From assembly GCA_028871895.1 (NCBI GenBank), contig JAGWLZ010000017.1, positions 15,933 through 79,932 of the forward strand: DNA of 64,000 bases, given 5' to 3'. The notes beneath the pieces are model-generated. The model ran no database searches. It worked only from the letters and a program-made list of their open reading frames with translations, and was not told the DNA's origin. Below, in pieces: positions 25,869 to 36,242 of this stretch; the first letter of the stretch is position 1, and each line of letters starts with the position of its first letter. The translations under genes were made by a program, and so were the position numbers. The stretch is from Alphaproteobacteria bacterium (GTDB lineage Bacteria > Pseudomonadota > Alphaproteobacteria > Micropepsales > Micropepsaceae).

Positions 25869-27229
25869 GTCGAACGATCCCCTCCTAATTGCACCAGAGA
25901 TGCGACTTGCTGGTTTTGAGAGTTTTGATTTTGCTCCGTGTAGTTCGAGCCAACTTCGTTTTTCGCGGCAGTCGCCATGTCCGCGGCGATCGTTCGGCTT
26001 GCCAAAAGATAGTGCCAGGCGGCCCAAAGATAGCCCGGGCACAAGGCCAACAGAGCGTAGCGAAGAGAATTATGCCCAAATGCTGTGCTAAGGCTGTCGC
26101 TGAGCGCGCCTGTGACCAGAGGCCCAATCCCCATGCCGATAAGATTCGTGAAGAAATACGTGACTGCTATGGCCGTCGCACGTGTCCGCGCAGGCACCAG
26201 TGACTGTATCATGGCAAAGAGCGGCCCATAGGTTGCATAGCTACTAATCGCGGTCAGGCCAAGGAATCCGAATGCTATGCCGGCGTTCGGTGCCAAATAA
26301 GTCCCCGTCGAAATGAACGCAAACGCAACGTAGATCCCGGCAAAAGCAAGAAGCTGGGCCCGTTCGTTCCGTGAAGCAAAGCGAGAAACGAGTTCACCGC
26401 CAAGCAATGTGCCTATGAGGCCGCCTACTCCCCACACAATGGCGAACCAAGTGCCAAGCTGTTCAACACTGAGCCCGTAGCTGCGGAAAAAGTAGGTAGG
26501 CGCCCACAGAAAATTTCCAATTCCGAAGAACGCCATGAGGGAGTAACCGATCACTACATGACGGAACGTACGGTTTTTCCAGAGTAGACTATAAGTCTGT
26601 CGATTGGTGAACTCTCGCTCTGCGACGAAGTCCCTCGACCTTTCCTCGGTTTTCGCCGCTCGCCGTGGTTCCCTCAGCGTGACCAAGCAGAGCACTGCCA
26701 GCGCCAAACCTGGCAACCCTAAAAGCATAAACATAAGTCGCCAGCCATACAGTCCACTTAACCAGCCAGCCGCGAAATAGCCAACGATCGAGCTAACAGG
26801 GTAGCCAAGCATGTAGAGCGCTGTGGCTCTGGGGCGCGCGTCCCGCGTGAAGTAATCTGCGATCAGAGAATTAGAGGCCGGAAAGCAACCGGCTTCTCCT
26901 ACGGCAACGGCGACGCGAATTATCATTAGCTGTAAGAAGCTTCCTGCGGCGCCACAAAGCGCTACTGCCGCACATTGTAACGCCGTCGTAAGAGAAAGGA
27001 TGCTTACTCGGCTTCCACGGTCAGCCCATCGCGCCAACGGCACGCCCATCACGGCATAAAATAGAGTGAACGCGATTCCCGTAAGCAGCCCCAGCTGAGT
27101 ATCTGATAGCTTCAGATCAACCTTTATACTTTGCAGGACAACACCTAACGCCGCATGCTCCACTTTATTGAACACCAAGACCACGAACAGAACAAAAAGT
27201 AAGTATTTTTGATGAGTACCTTTTTGCAT
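25865..27229 (-). CDS. MFS transporter (spinster-like)
   Basis: IK.DL.LSDTQLGLLTGIAF.LFYA.MG.PLARWADRGSR, VGEAG..PAS.SLIADYF; about 12 hydrophobic segments. Start uncertain. Confidence 0.88.
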   Translation of the reverse strand: MQKGTHQKYLLFVLFVVLVFNKVEHAALGVVLQSIKVDLKLSDTQLGLLTGIAFTLFYAVMGVPLARWADRGSRVSILSLTTALQCAAVALCGAAGSFLQLMIIRVAVAVGEAGCFPASNSLIADYFTRDARPRATALYMLGYPVSSIVGYFAAGWLSGLYGWRLMFMLLGLPGLALAVLCLVTLREPRRAAKTEERSRDFVAEREFTNRQTYSLLWKNRTFRHVVIGYSLMAFFGIGNFLWAPTYFFRSYGLSVEQLGTWFAIVWGVGGLIGTLLGGELVSRFASRNERAQLLAFAGIYVAFAFISTGTYLAPNAGIAFGFLGLTAISSYATYGPLFAMIQSLVPARTRATAIAVTYFFTNLIGMGIGPLVTGALSDSLSTAFGHNSLRYALLALCPGYLWAAWHYLLASRTIAADMATAAKNEVGSNYTEQNQNSQNQQVASLVQLGGDRST

Positions 27230-27288
27230 CGCAAATCTGGTGACGCCCAAGAGGGCGCCACCACCTTTGTGCAGAACGGCGCACACGC

Positions 27289-29511
27289 CTACAACTTTGC
27301 GGTAAGCGCCAACATGAAGGTCCGTGGTTGATATACCGATGCAGACTGGGGACCATTACCGCCGGCAGAAGTTTCATCGAGGACATAATTGATAGCCAAT
27401 TTATTCGCCACATTCTTCACAGAGAACGTCAACGAATAATCCTGGTTTTCGACACCTGCTCGCAGATCGATGATGTTAAACTGTGGCATCTTTTGTCGCG
27501 TGCTCGTCGGTTCGAATTCTGCCATGCGCGAACCAGTGTAGTGCCAATCGACGCCCTCAAAGCTAGAATAATCTGCAAACAGAGGCTGCTCGTATGACGC
27601 AGAAAATGACGTTTCCCACATCGGCGAACTCGGCAACCGGTCCCCAGTCTTACCACCCACGTTAGCTGGCGTATCTTCCGTTAATCTCGCATCTGTATAG
27701 GAACCATTGAAACCAAGCGTGAGGCCACTCAGAGGAGTATAGTTCACACTCCATTCCGCGCCGTCACTTCGAGCTGTGCCACCATTGGCATACGTGCCAT
27801 ACCCATTAATGTACGCAAACAATTGGATGTTGGACCAATGTACAGTAAACGCGTCAAACTCCGTAATCAACGCGCCGTCTAGCATGCTGCTCTTGACGCC
27901 CAGTTCGTAATTTGTGGTTGTCGAAGCCTTGTAAAATGGCGGTACAGGCGCGGAAGGAACGGCATTTGCCGGGCCGCCGGGCGAGAAACCTGTAGCGACG
28001 CGTGCGTAGAGCATGTGCTCGTCGGTAACGTGCCAACGCGCGTCAGCCGAGTATGTGAGCGTGTCCTCCGATGAGGTACGTGTAAAGTCAGACGTTCCGA
28101 GAAACTTGCCGCTCGTTGTCTGATGCAAAAGTTGGCTATTCCTACTGTAACGTCCGCCAACCGCTACATCAAAGGCAGGCGAGAAGTGGTAGTCAACATT
28201 CGCGTATCCCGCATATTCGCGATAGTTTGAAGGATACATCGCCTCGCCGACCGTAGGTGCCGTAGCAGTCTCTATTGTATGAGTACTCAAGCTGGCTGCC
28301 GCGTAGTACAACCAATAATGGGATACCTCGTCGGTAAAGAAGCCACCGAGCATCCACTGTAGTGGACTATCGCCTTCGGACGACAAGCGGAGCTCTTGAG
28401 TAATAGCGTGCAACGGGCGATTTTGAACGTTGCCCACGCCGGAGGGGCTACCGACGATACTGCTGACAAAGGCACCGTATCGTTTGCTGCGATCCCACGT
28501 AAAATAGGGGTCAAATTCCGATTCGCTGGTGGCGGAAACCAGATTTCCAATTCCGAGGTCCCAGTTAATCGTTGCATTGTAAATCTGAGTGATAACGTGC
28601 CCGGGCTGTGCAATCACATTTTCCTGACACAACGAGCAATAGATTGGCGCAAATGTGTTTGGGTTGACGTCTTCATTACCCGCATCCGACCAGCCACGCA
28701 CTTGATAAAGAGCATTGAGTCGAAGCGAAAAAGTGTCTGCCGGCTGATAGAGGAATGACGCCCGCATACCTGTATAGTGGGACCCGTTGATGTGGCTGAG
28801 ATTACGACCAGGGTCGTCGATGAAGCCGGGATAATAATTGTCATACGCCACTACGCGCAGTGCAGTGTCGTTTGTGAGCGGAACATTGACCATCCCATGT
28901 ACGTCAAACCCCACGCCGCCATGCTCAACGGAGCTGACGCCAGCCTCAAGCTTATCGGAGAATGCCGTCGGGTCTGGAGCGTTGGTGACGAACTTTAGGA
29001 GGCCTCCCAGCGCATTTGATCCGTAAAGCGTACCTTGCGGGCCACGCAGAACCTCGATGCGCTGCATGTCAAAGGTGTCGAGATTAGGTGCTGAAGCAAA
29101 CGAACCGGCGAGCCCTCCGTTTACGTTGTACGGCGTTTCATCGATGTAGCTAGCCACGGGCGAAGTAGTAGGAACGGCACCAGTGGTGATACCTCGAATA
29201 ACAAGGGAGCTACCTGCCCCATTCCAGGAATTCATCCACGTCAGGCCAGGAACATTACCTACATAGTCCTCGAAGCGATACGCCTGTGTTCGTTCCAACT
29301 TTTCGCCGCTGAGCGCTGTTAGCGACATTGGCACATCAAGCGACGATTCCTTTTGCTTCTCGGCCGTGACAGTAACGGTCTCGATCACGTTACGCGTATT
29401 CTCGCTCGTACTAGCATTGGAAACAGCGCCCGCGCTCTGCGCAACCGCAGGAGCCGCGAATCCGCACAAAATCACCGTCGACAGTAGCCATTTCGCCTTA
29501 TGCAAAGACAT
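27289..29511 (-). CDS. TonB-dependent receptor 1
   Basis: Signal peptide, IETVTVTAEK TonB box, RIEVLRGPQGTLYG.NALGG plug motif, C-terminal PRTF...TAKL. Confidence 0.92.
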   Translation of the reverse strand: MSLHKAKWLLSTVILCGFAAPAVAQSAGAVSNASTSENTRNVIETVTVTAEKQKESSLDVPMSLTALSGEKLERTQAYRFEDYVGNVPGLTWMNSWNGAGSSLVIRGITTGAVPTTSPVASYIDETPYNVNGGLAGSFASAPNLDTFDMQRIEVLRGPQGTLYGSNALGGLLKFVTNAPDPTAFSDKLEAGVSSVEHGGVGFDVHGMVNVPLTNDTALRVVAYDNYYPGFIDDPGRNLSHINGSHYTGMRASFLYQPADTFSLRLNALYQVRGWSDAGNEDVNPNTFAPIYCSLCQENVIAQPGHVITQIYNATINWDLGIGNLVSATSESEFDPYFTWDRSKRYGAFVSSIVGSPSGVGNVQNRPLHAITQELRLSSEGDSPLQWMLGGFFTDEVSHYWLYYAAASLSTHTIETATAPTVGEAMYPSNYREYAGYANVDYHFSPAFDVAVGGRYSRNSQLLHQTTSGKFLGTSDFTRTSSEDTLTYSADARWHVTDEHMLYARVATGFSPGGPANAVPSAPVPPFYKASTTTNYELGVKSSMLDGALITEFDAFTVHWSNIQLFAYINGYGTYANGGTARSDGAEWSVNYTPLSGLTLGFNGSYTDARLTEDTPANVGGKTGDRLPSSPMWETSFSASYEQPLFADYSSFEGVDWHYTGSRMAEFEPTSTRQKMPQFNIIDLRAGVENQDYSLTFSVKNVANKLAINYVLDETSAGGNGPQSASVYQPRTFMLALTAKL

Positions 29512-29548
29512 ACGCCCCCTCCTTGTATCTGGTCACCGTGACACTTTA

Positions 29549-29565
29549 TTGGAGATTATATCCAA
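29549..29565. promoter_or_regulatory. Candidate GntR operator upstream of TonB receptor 1
   Basis: TTGGAGATTATATCCAA; 7/8 palindromic pairs. Confidence 0.6.
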
Positions 29566-29775
29566 AATCAAATGTTCTTTTGGGCTGTCCGTGCTTAATC
29601 CCGCATGAGCGGAAAATCGTCGAAATTCGTTCGCTACCAAATCGACCGCAGGGCAACAGCCCACAGGCTCTTGAGGCACGAATTCGTCGCTAACCAGCAA
29701 TGTACTAAGAGGCACGCAGGAATGTGGGAACAGGAATGCAGGGCTAGGGATACTCCCTCCTGCTCAATCGCCAGA

Positions 29776-30519
29776 TCAGGCTGCCTGATTACCGCGTTGT
29801 TGAACCGGTTCGCGCTCTAAAATCTCCAACAAGTCTACACGAGCACGATCAATGTGATCGTGGGTCAACGCAACTGCCTGCCTAACAGCGCGCTTGCGGC
29901 ATAGATCCAAGAGCCCGCCATGATCCTCCTTTGCGCGTTCTACGCCAGTCCCCAAAGTGAGCACCAACCTAGTGTACCGATCAGTGTTGACTAGCAAACC
30001 GCGCACGATCTCAAGCGTTTTGCTTCGTTCCGACGCAGCATAAAGTGCTATGTGGAACCGCGTATTGTGCTCACCCCAGCTTAGAACATCTGAATTATCT
30101 AAGCCGACATTATAAGAGGTGAGGATTTTTTCAGCCGAGGTCAGATGCTCAGGAGTCATTTTGGGAATAGCTATTTCCAATAATTGCGGCTCCAACAAAG
30201 AGCGGAGTTCAAATAGCTCCAAGATCTCACTCCTCGAAAGAGCCGTGACTACATAGCCGCGATGAGGATAACTCGCTGCCAAACCTTCACTTTCGAGGCG
30301 AAATAGCGCTTCACGAATGGGAATGCGGCTAACACCAAATTGCTCAGCTAGCGCGTCCTGCCGAAGTGCCGTTCCGTCAGCCAGCTCGCCCGAAATAATC
30401 ATTCTTCGCAGCTGCTCGGTGGTCGCGTCAGCCACTGTTGTCCGCGGCAGTTTGCGCGAAGGCCGCGAGCCGACACGCAACCGTTCAGTCCCTGCTCGGA
30501 TTTGGGAAGAGTCTCGCAT
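29776..30519 (-). CDS. GntR-family regulator (FCD domain)
   Basis: LRRMIISGEL..G..LRQDALAEQFGVSRIPIREAL.RLESEGL....P.RG..V; FCD motifs FH.ALY and EDH..LL. Confidence 0.92.
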   Translation of the reverse strand: MRDSSQIRAGTERLRVGSRPSRKLPRTTVADATTEQLRRMIISGELADGTALRQDALAEQFGVSRIPIREALFRLESEGLAASYPHRGYVVTALSRSEILELFELRSLLEPQLLEIAIPKMTPEHLTSAEKILTSYNVGLDNSDVLSWGEHNTRFHIALYAASERSKTLEIVRGLLVNTDRYTRLVLTLGTGVERAKEDHGGLLDLCRKRAVRQAVALTHDHIDRARVDLLEILEREPVQQRGNQAA

Positions 30520-30595
30520 ATCTTCTTATATGACAGCGCTGCGAGCCTGGCAATTGGATAAATTGTACATATGTAAATGGATCAATCGACCATTA

Positions 30596-30612
30596 TCGGA
30601 TATAATATTAAA
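30596..30612. promoter_or_regulatory. Second copy of candidate GntR operator (autoregulatory)
   Basis: TCGGATATAATATTAAA, 14/17 to the idealised palindrome TTGGATATNATATCCAA. A weaker copy lies at 30554-30570. Confidence 0.5.
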
Positions 30613-30684
30613 TATTCTGCAACTCATTCTGAACAATCCGAAATGGGACCGGTGTTGTCGCGTCGAGCTTGGCGCCACCGAATG

Positions 30685-31970
30685 GCCACCTCGAAGAACC
30701 GGCGATTTGACGTGTGCGGCGAGCGGTTGAGGGTGATTTCGGCGCCGACGACGTCGGAACCCGGTGCCGATCTGGCCGATCAGCGCGGGTTTCGGCGCAC
30801 TCATGCCGCCTGAAGATCATGCCGGCGCAGATTTCTGCTCCAACCAGGCGAGCCGAGAGAAGTTGTAGACCAGATTGACCATGCCGATCTTGATCGTGGC
30901 GCGGGCCACGCCGACAGTCCGCACGAACAGCCCAAAGCAGTGCTTCTCGGCGGCAAAGATGTGCTCGATGGCCGAACGGACCTTGGAGCGGGCGGCATTG
31001 GCTTTGCAATGATGTTCCGGCAGCGGCTTGCCCTTGGGTTCTCTGAAGTGGACCTTCGAGACGAAGCCGTGCCGCTCCATGAAGCGCTCGTTGCGCGCCG
31101 AGCGGTAGGCCGTGTCGGCCCACACCGCGGCCGCCATGTTGTTCTTGTCGAGCAGGTCCGGGAACGGCCGGCTGTCATGGGCCGCCGCGCTGGTCACGAT
31201 GTAGCGCCGTATGAAGCCGAACCGCCGGTCGCTTTCGACATGGTTCTTGTAGCCGAACGACGGGATCACCAATTCCTCGACCTTGGCACCATCCGGGCGA
31301 ACCATCGCCTTGCGACCTCGTTTCAGGGTCCAGCGGGCGTCGCGGTCTTTCTGGGCCAGCTTGGTAGGCTTGTCCTTCCACTCTGCCGGTATCTTGCCCG
31401 CCTTCAAGTCCGCCTTCTCACCGTCGCTGTTGTGCTGACGCGGCGCCTCCACGATTGTGGCATCGACGATCTGGCCGCCCATGGCAAAGTAGCCCTTGTC
31501 CCGCAAGGCGTCCTCGAACCGGCCGAACAGCTTCTCCATCGCTCCGGGACGGACCAGCAGTTCCCGGAACAGCCAGATCGTCTTGGCGTCCGGCGCCGGG
31601 TCGGAAAGCCCCAACCCGAGGAAGCGCATGAACGACAGCCGGTCGCGGATTTGATACTCCGCCTGATCGTCGGACAGATTGTATAGCGCCTGCAACACCA
31701 AGACCTTGAACATCTGCACGGGATCGTAGGGCGGGCGGCCACCCTTGCTGCGGTCCGACCGGTTCAGTGCCGCCTTCAATTGGTGCCGGAAAATCTCGAA
31801 ATCCACGACCTGGGCCAGCCGCTCCAGTGGATCACCCGCTTCCGAAAGCTTCGCGTACCGCTCGTCGATATCGAAAAATCTCGGCTGCCCGCTCATCGCC
31901 GCGGCTCCCCCAAATCACCGCCGCGAGTGAATCACGATCCCGCTAAATCAGCGAGGTTTTTAGAGGTCTC
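30685..31970 (-). mobile_element. IS5-family insertion sequence (~1.29 kb)
   Basis: Imperfect 16-bp terminal IRs: GCCACCTCGAAGAACC (30685-30700) versus the reverse complement of GGTTTTTAGAGGTCTC (31955-31970), 12/16 match. Single transposase; no clear target duplication. Confidence 0.8.
30817..31896 (-). CDS. IS5-family DDE transposase
   Basis: GRPPYDPVQMFK.LVLQ.LYNLSD, DRLSFMRFLG, VDATIV, GYKNHV, ADTAY, RSAIEHIF. Confidence 0.95.
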   Translation of the reverse strand: MSGQPRFFDIDERYAKLSEAGDPLERLAQVVDFEIFRHQLKAALNRSDRSKGGRPPYDPVQMFKVLVLQALYNLSDDQAEYQIRDRLSFMRFLGLGLSDPAPDAKTIWLFRELLVRPGAMEKLFGRFEDALRDKGYFAMGGQIVDATIVEAPRQHNSDGEKADLKAGKIPAEWKDKPTKLAQKDRDARWTLKRGRKAMVRPDGAKVEELVIPSFGYKNHVESDRRFGFIRRYIVTSAAAHDSRPFPDLLDKNNMAAAVWADTAYRSARNERFMERHGFVSKVHFREPKGKPLPEHHCKANAARSKVRSAIEHIFAAEKHCFGLFVRTVGVARATIKIGMVNLVYNFSRLAWLEQKSAPA

Positions 31971-33056
31971 TGAATGTCTGCAGTTCGTAACCTTTCGGAG
32001 AGAGGGCAATTCGAGAACGTCGGTCCGTCGGTCTCAAGAGCGGATCAGGGGAGATTATATTCGCATTATTGGGCTCGCTCATGAGATTTCCCTTCTTTAT
32101 AGGCCGCTCCGGACTTACCGCATTAAAATGATCTTCTTAGGCTTTACCGGGGAGAGTGGCGAGAAGCAGGGAAAGTCGTGCTCAGCGGCGAGTTCTTCAA
32201 AAAAATCGGCGCAAGTTCGCCCTTCCCGGATGAATTTGAACGGCATGGTTGGGGCGCACTTCGGTCATTCCTGCGTCCCCCTTTCCCCAAAGCCCTGCCA
32301 TTCGTCGAGATACTGGAGCTGTTAGGTCGTTGGCGGCAAGCTGTGCTTATGTACCACGACAAGTCGCGTGTAGCTGTTGGGTAGCTTCATGGGTGTCGAG
32401 CATTGGCGAGCATTCAGAGCCTCGATCACAGATCCGCCGGCGGTGAGTCCGCATAGCTAAGCCACTGTCTTGAAAGGATCAGAGTTCGATACGTATCTAG
32501 GAAGGCCACCCGAAGCTCTTATCCTCAGCACCTATCTTCAGCGCGCAAGGCGGCCGCCCCCGGATGCGTACCCCGCTCTTCGAGCGCGTCGAGGAGCTCC
32601 GTCGCGGTCTGCTGCGCGGGCGCTGCGCCTGTGGGCATTCCTTTCAGTTCGAGCATTTCTGCCACCCAAAAGGAGAAATTCACGCGGTCAGTCTGCTACC
32701 ATAAGTATAATAAATTGTGAATGTTCGCGTAATATGAACAAATATCTGAAAATATTAAAGAATTTCTGAGGGGTCAGCACGACATGAATGGAAATACATG
32801 TGAAATTGCGCGGAACATTGCCCCTGGCCCTAAATCGCTCAGGGCATTGAAATTGCGACAAAATATCCGAATGGGAGGGGGTTATCTTTCGCGCGAAACT
32901 TGACCCCTCCGTCGAAACGCATTTACGTGCCTGATCAATGAAATGCGATCTATTCCGATGGGGTCAGGCTTGGAAGTAATTCGACACCACCTATCCCTCC
33001 TCGCGAATGGAGCCCTGACTTGGCAGTGCCTGAAACGGCAATGACGCTCGTCTGCC

Positions 33057-34463
33057 TCAACGCCAGTCGTGTATTGGCCGGCCGTCCATCCAAAATCGCT
33101 CGATGGCTTCAAGACTGTGCCCCCTTGTCTCGGGAACAAGGCGGTGCACGAAAAGCCAGCCAATGAGACTGAGGAAGGCGTAAAGAGTAAAAGTTGCTGC
33201 GGGCCCGAACGATCGGAGCATTTGCAGAAATGTAAGTGCTACGAGAAGATTAAAGCCCCAATTGGCGATGGTCGCCACGCCCATGGCGCGCCCGCGCATG
33301 ATGAGAGGAAAAATTTCCGCGATGAGAAGCCAGAATACGGGCCCCAGGCCGATCGCAAAGAAGGCGACATAAGCCATCAGGCTGCCGATGGCGAGCCACT
33401 GGAAGCCCGGCACGGCGCTGCCGAAAGCAAACCCTGCGGCGAGCACGAGGAGCGAGACAGCCATTCCGATCATACCAATCAGGAGTAGGGTTCGTCGGCC
33501 GGCGACATCGATGATCCTCAAGGCTAGAATTGTGAAAACCACATTGATCACACCGACGCCAGTCGTGGCGAGGATTGCCGCAATGGCGGACTTGAAGCCG
33601 GCCGACTGAAAGATTGTTGGCGCATAGTAGATGACGGTGTTGATGCCGGTGATCTGCTGAAAAATCGCAAGTCCCACCCCCAGCATCATGGGGCGCCTGA
33701 AGATCGGGCCCAGAAGCTGGCGCCAGCCGATGGTTTCGCGCTCTAGCTCGAGATCGGCCTTGATGTCCGCAATTTCCACGCTCACATCATCCCACCCGCG
33801 CACACGCTTGAGGACGTCGACAGCGTCTCTTTCGTGCCCGCCCTTCAGCAGCCAGCGCGGCGATTCCGGTAGATACACCATGCCAATGGCCAGCAAGATG
33901 CCCGGGACGGCCCCAAGCCCTAGCATCCAGCGCCAACCGCCCTCGGCCGCATAAGCCGTATCGACGATATAGGAGACGAGGATACCGATCGTGATCGCGA
34001 GCTGATTCAGCGACACCAGCTTGCCGCGGTGCTGGGGAGGGGCGATTTCAGCGATGTAGAGAGGTGCAACAAAAGAGACGATGCCTATGCAGATGCCGAT
34101 TATGAATCGGCCGACCAGCAGTGCGTCGACAGATCCAGCGAAAGCTGATAACAACGCGCCAATAATAAAGAAGAACGCCAGATCGATCATCACAAAGCGA
34201 CGGCCGACGCGATCAGCTAACCAACCTCCGAAACCCGCAGCAAGGCAAGCTCCCGCGAGCACCGCGCTCGTCACAATCCCTTGCATTTCGGTGGAGAGGT
34301 CAAAATCCGACCGCAGAAACAGCAGAGCACCCGAGATAACCCCTGTGTCGTAACCGAAGAGAAGTCCACCCATGGCTGCGGTCACGGCGGCCATAATCGT
34401 GAAGGCGTTAGCCCTAAGCGGTCTCAGAGTTGCAGACTCACTGTCTCCTAGGTCGCTACTCAT
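33057..34463 (-). CDS. Sugar porter family MFS transporter (GalP/XylE-like)
   Basis: GGLLFGYDTGVISGA, ADR.GRR, PLYIAEIAP...RG.LVS.NQL, PESPRWL, QQITGIN.V.YY, GPVFWLLIAEIFP, VPET.G.SLE.I. Confidence 0.93.
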   Translation of the reverse strand: MSSDLGDSESATLRPLRANAFTIMAAVTAAMGGLLFGYDTGVISGALLFLRSDFDLSTEMQGIVTSAVLAGACLAAGFGGWLADRVGRRFVMIDLAFFFIIGALLSAFAGSVDALLVGRFIIGICIGIVSFVAPLYIAEIAPPQHRGKLVSLNQLAITIGILVSYIVDTAYAAEGGWRWMLGLGAVPGILLAIGMVYLPESPRWLLKGGHERDAVDVLKRVRGWDDVSVEIADIKADLELERETIGWRQLLGPIFRRPMMLGVGLAIFQQITGINTVIYYAPTIFQSAGFKSAIAAILATTGVGVINVVFTILALRIIDVAGRRTLLLIGMIGMAVSLLVLAAGFAFGSAVPGFQWLAIGSLMAYVAFFAIGLGPVFWLLIAEIFPLIMRGRAMGVATIANWGFNLLVALTFLQMLRSFGPAATFTLYAFLSLIGWLFVHRLVPETRGHSLEAIERFWMDGRPIHDWR

Positions 34464-36213
34464 GTGTTCCCCCCGTCTTTGGGCATTGATCGACAGATCT
34501 GTAACTGGCGGCAAACGGGTAGAGCGCCAGGAGTTGCCGGGTGACGCCGTTGGTCCAGCCGAACCCATCCTGGAGGGGGTATTCCCCTCCTCCTCCCGGC
34601 CGGTCGAGCGTCACGACGTCATATTTCTCGACGAGCTTGCCGGTCCGGCGATAGACGTCGTGCACATTGACAATCCAGCGACAGGCAATTTCTTGTGCCG
34701 GCAGAGTCTTGTCGTAGCGTCTCAAACCTGCGACAGCGACCCATTGCAGCGGTGCCCAGCCGTTTGGTGCATCCCATTGCTGGCCCGTCACCGCGGTGGT
34801 GGTCACAAGTCCGCCAGGTTTGAGGAGTTCCAATTGGGTGATCGATGCAACGGCGGTTGCCTGGACCTTGTCCGCCAAGCCGACGAAAAGAGGATAGAGC
34901 GTGGCGGCGGAGAGTACATTTGATGACGTTTTCTGGGTCCAACGATAGTCCAGGTATGCCCCGCGTGTTGGCGCCCAGAGATACCGATTCATGGCGGCCC
35001 GTCGCTTGGCGGAACGGCGCGCAAATTCGCGGACGCAGCCATCATCTTTGCGCTGACCGCAGCCTAGGCGAATCGCATTCTCGAGCCCGAAGAGCAGGCT
35101 GTTTAGGTCAACGGGGATGACCTCTGTCGTGTCGATCGACGGGAGCGATTGCGCGTCAGAAAACCAGCGCGAACTGAAATCCCAGCCGCTTTCGGCCGCA
35201 GCACGAACATCGCGGTAGGTCTGCGCAGCGGGCCTCGGCGATTGTTCTGCCAGCGCCCGATCCTCGCGAAATGACTCATCGCGTGGCATATCGGCGTTGT
35301 CCCAATACCGGTTGAGCACGGCACCATCGGGCAATGCGACAACACGGTCGCGAGCCTGTCCGGCGCGCAGCCCGTCGGCGCCACGCATCCAAAAGCGGTA
35401 TTCAGCTTTCAGCTCAGGTAGATAGCGGGCATATGCCTTTGCTGGATTGTGTAGATTGAGCAAGCCCACCATCTCGAAGAAAAAGGGGGGCTGTGACCGA
35501 CTGAGATAATAGGTCCGGTTTCCGTTGGGAATATGTCCGTACGCATCGATCAAGTGTGCGAAGTCCGCCACCATATCGCGAACAAGATCCTGCCTACCGC
35601 TCTCTGCCAAACCCAGCATGGTGAAATAGGAGTCCCAGTAATACATCTCCCGGAACCGTCCACCAGGTACGACATAGGGATAGGGGAGCGCTATGAGGGA
35701 GGAATAGCGTGGCGCGCTGGGTGATCGGCGCACGAGATGCAGCCAGAGCCGGTCTATGTGCTGGGCGATAGGAGGCAGGTTTGACACTGCCACCGAAGCG
35801 ATGGGCGGGCCCGGCTCGGTCGGCATGATGAAATGCGCCCTGACAAAGCGCCGCAACGCTTCCCGTCCCGCTGGATGCTCTTCACGAAAGAGCCTGAGAA
35901 TCGCGGCCGGCGATGCGGTGGGGATTGCATCAGCAAATGTCTTGCTGTCGGGGAATATCCCGGCATCCTCCACGGTCGCATACAAATCCCCGAGGGCAAC
36001 TTGTGGCGGCGTCAATGGTCCAGGCCGCGCAGCAGCCATTGTTGCCGCGACGCAGCTTGTGACAAATAGAATTGCAAGGCAGTGCACGCGCGCCCGACGC
36101 AATCTGTGCACCCGCCGCCCTCGACCGCGCCGGCGAGCGCTGACCGAAGAATGCTGGTCGCGTGACAGCCGTGCGAGTCGGCGGTGGCTATTGCCCTCTG
36201 CCGACTCGCCCAT
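34456..36213 (-). CDS. treA: Alpha,alpha-trehalase (GH37), probably exported; start uncertain
   Basis: F.DSKTFAD, YVVPGGRFREMYYWDSYF, PNGNR.YYL.RSQPPFF, AESGWDFSSRW, PVDLNSLL, QWDAPNGWAPLQW, EKYDV, GGGGEY.LQDGFGWTNGV. Confidence 0.92.
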   Translation of the reverse strand: MGESAEGNSHRRLARLSRDQHSSVSARRRGRGRRVHRLRRARVHCLAILFVTSCVAATMAAARPGPLTPPQVALGDLYATVEDAGIFPDSKTFADAIPTASPAAILRLFREEHPAGREALRRFVRAHFIMPTEPGPPIASVAVSNLPPIAQHIDRLWLHLVRRSPSAPRYSSLIALPYPYVVPGGRFREMYYWDSYFTMLGLAESGRQDLVRDMVADFAHLIDAYGHIPNGNRTYYLSRSQPPFFFEMVGLLNLHNPAKAYARYLPELKAEYRFWMRGADGLRAGQARDRVVALPDGAVLNRYWDNADMPRDESFREDRALAEQSPRPAAQTYRDVRAAAESGWDFSSRWFSDAQSLPSIDTTEVIPVDLNSLLFGLENAIRLGCGQRKDDGCVREFARRSAKRRAAMNRYLWAPTRGAYLDYRWTQKTSSNVLSAATLYPLFVGLADKVQATAVASITQLELLKPGGLVTTTAVTGQQWDAPNGWAPLQWVAVAGLRRYDKTLPAQEIACRWIVNVHDVYRRTGKLVEKYDVVTLDRPGGGGEYPLQDGFGWTNGVTRQLLALYPFAASYRSVDQCPKTGGTHE

Positions 36214-36242
36214 GTTCGGGTCCTGAGCGTTTTGGGTGCCGT

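Noticed and set aside
31971-33056. ~1.1 kb after IS5, including a 68-aa ORF (32178-32384), an AT-rich patch (~32690-32830) and a hairpin (~32874-32910)
   Set aside because: The ORF is protein-like but unassignable and interrupted upstream by stops. It is possibly an IS-truncated remnant; insufficient evidence.
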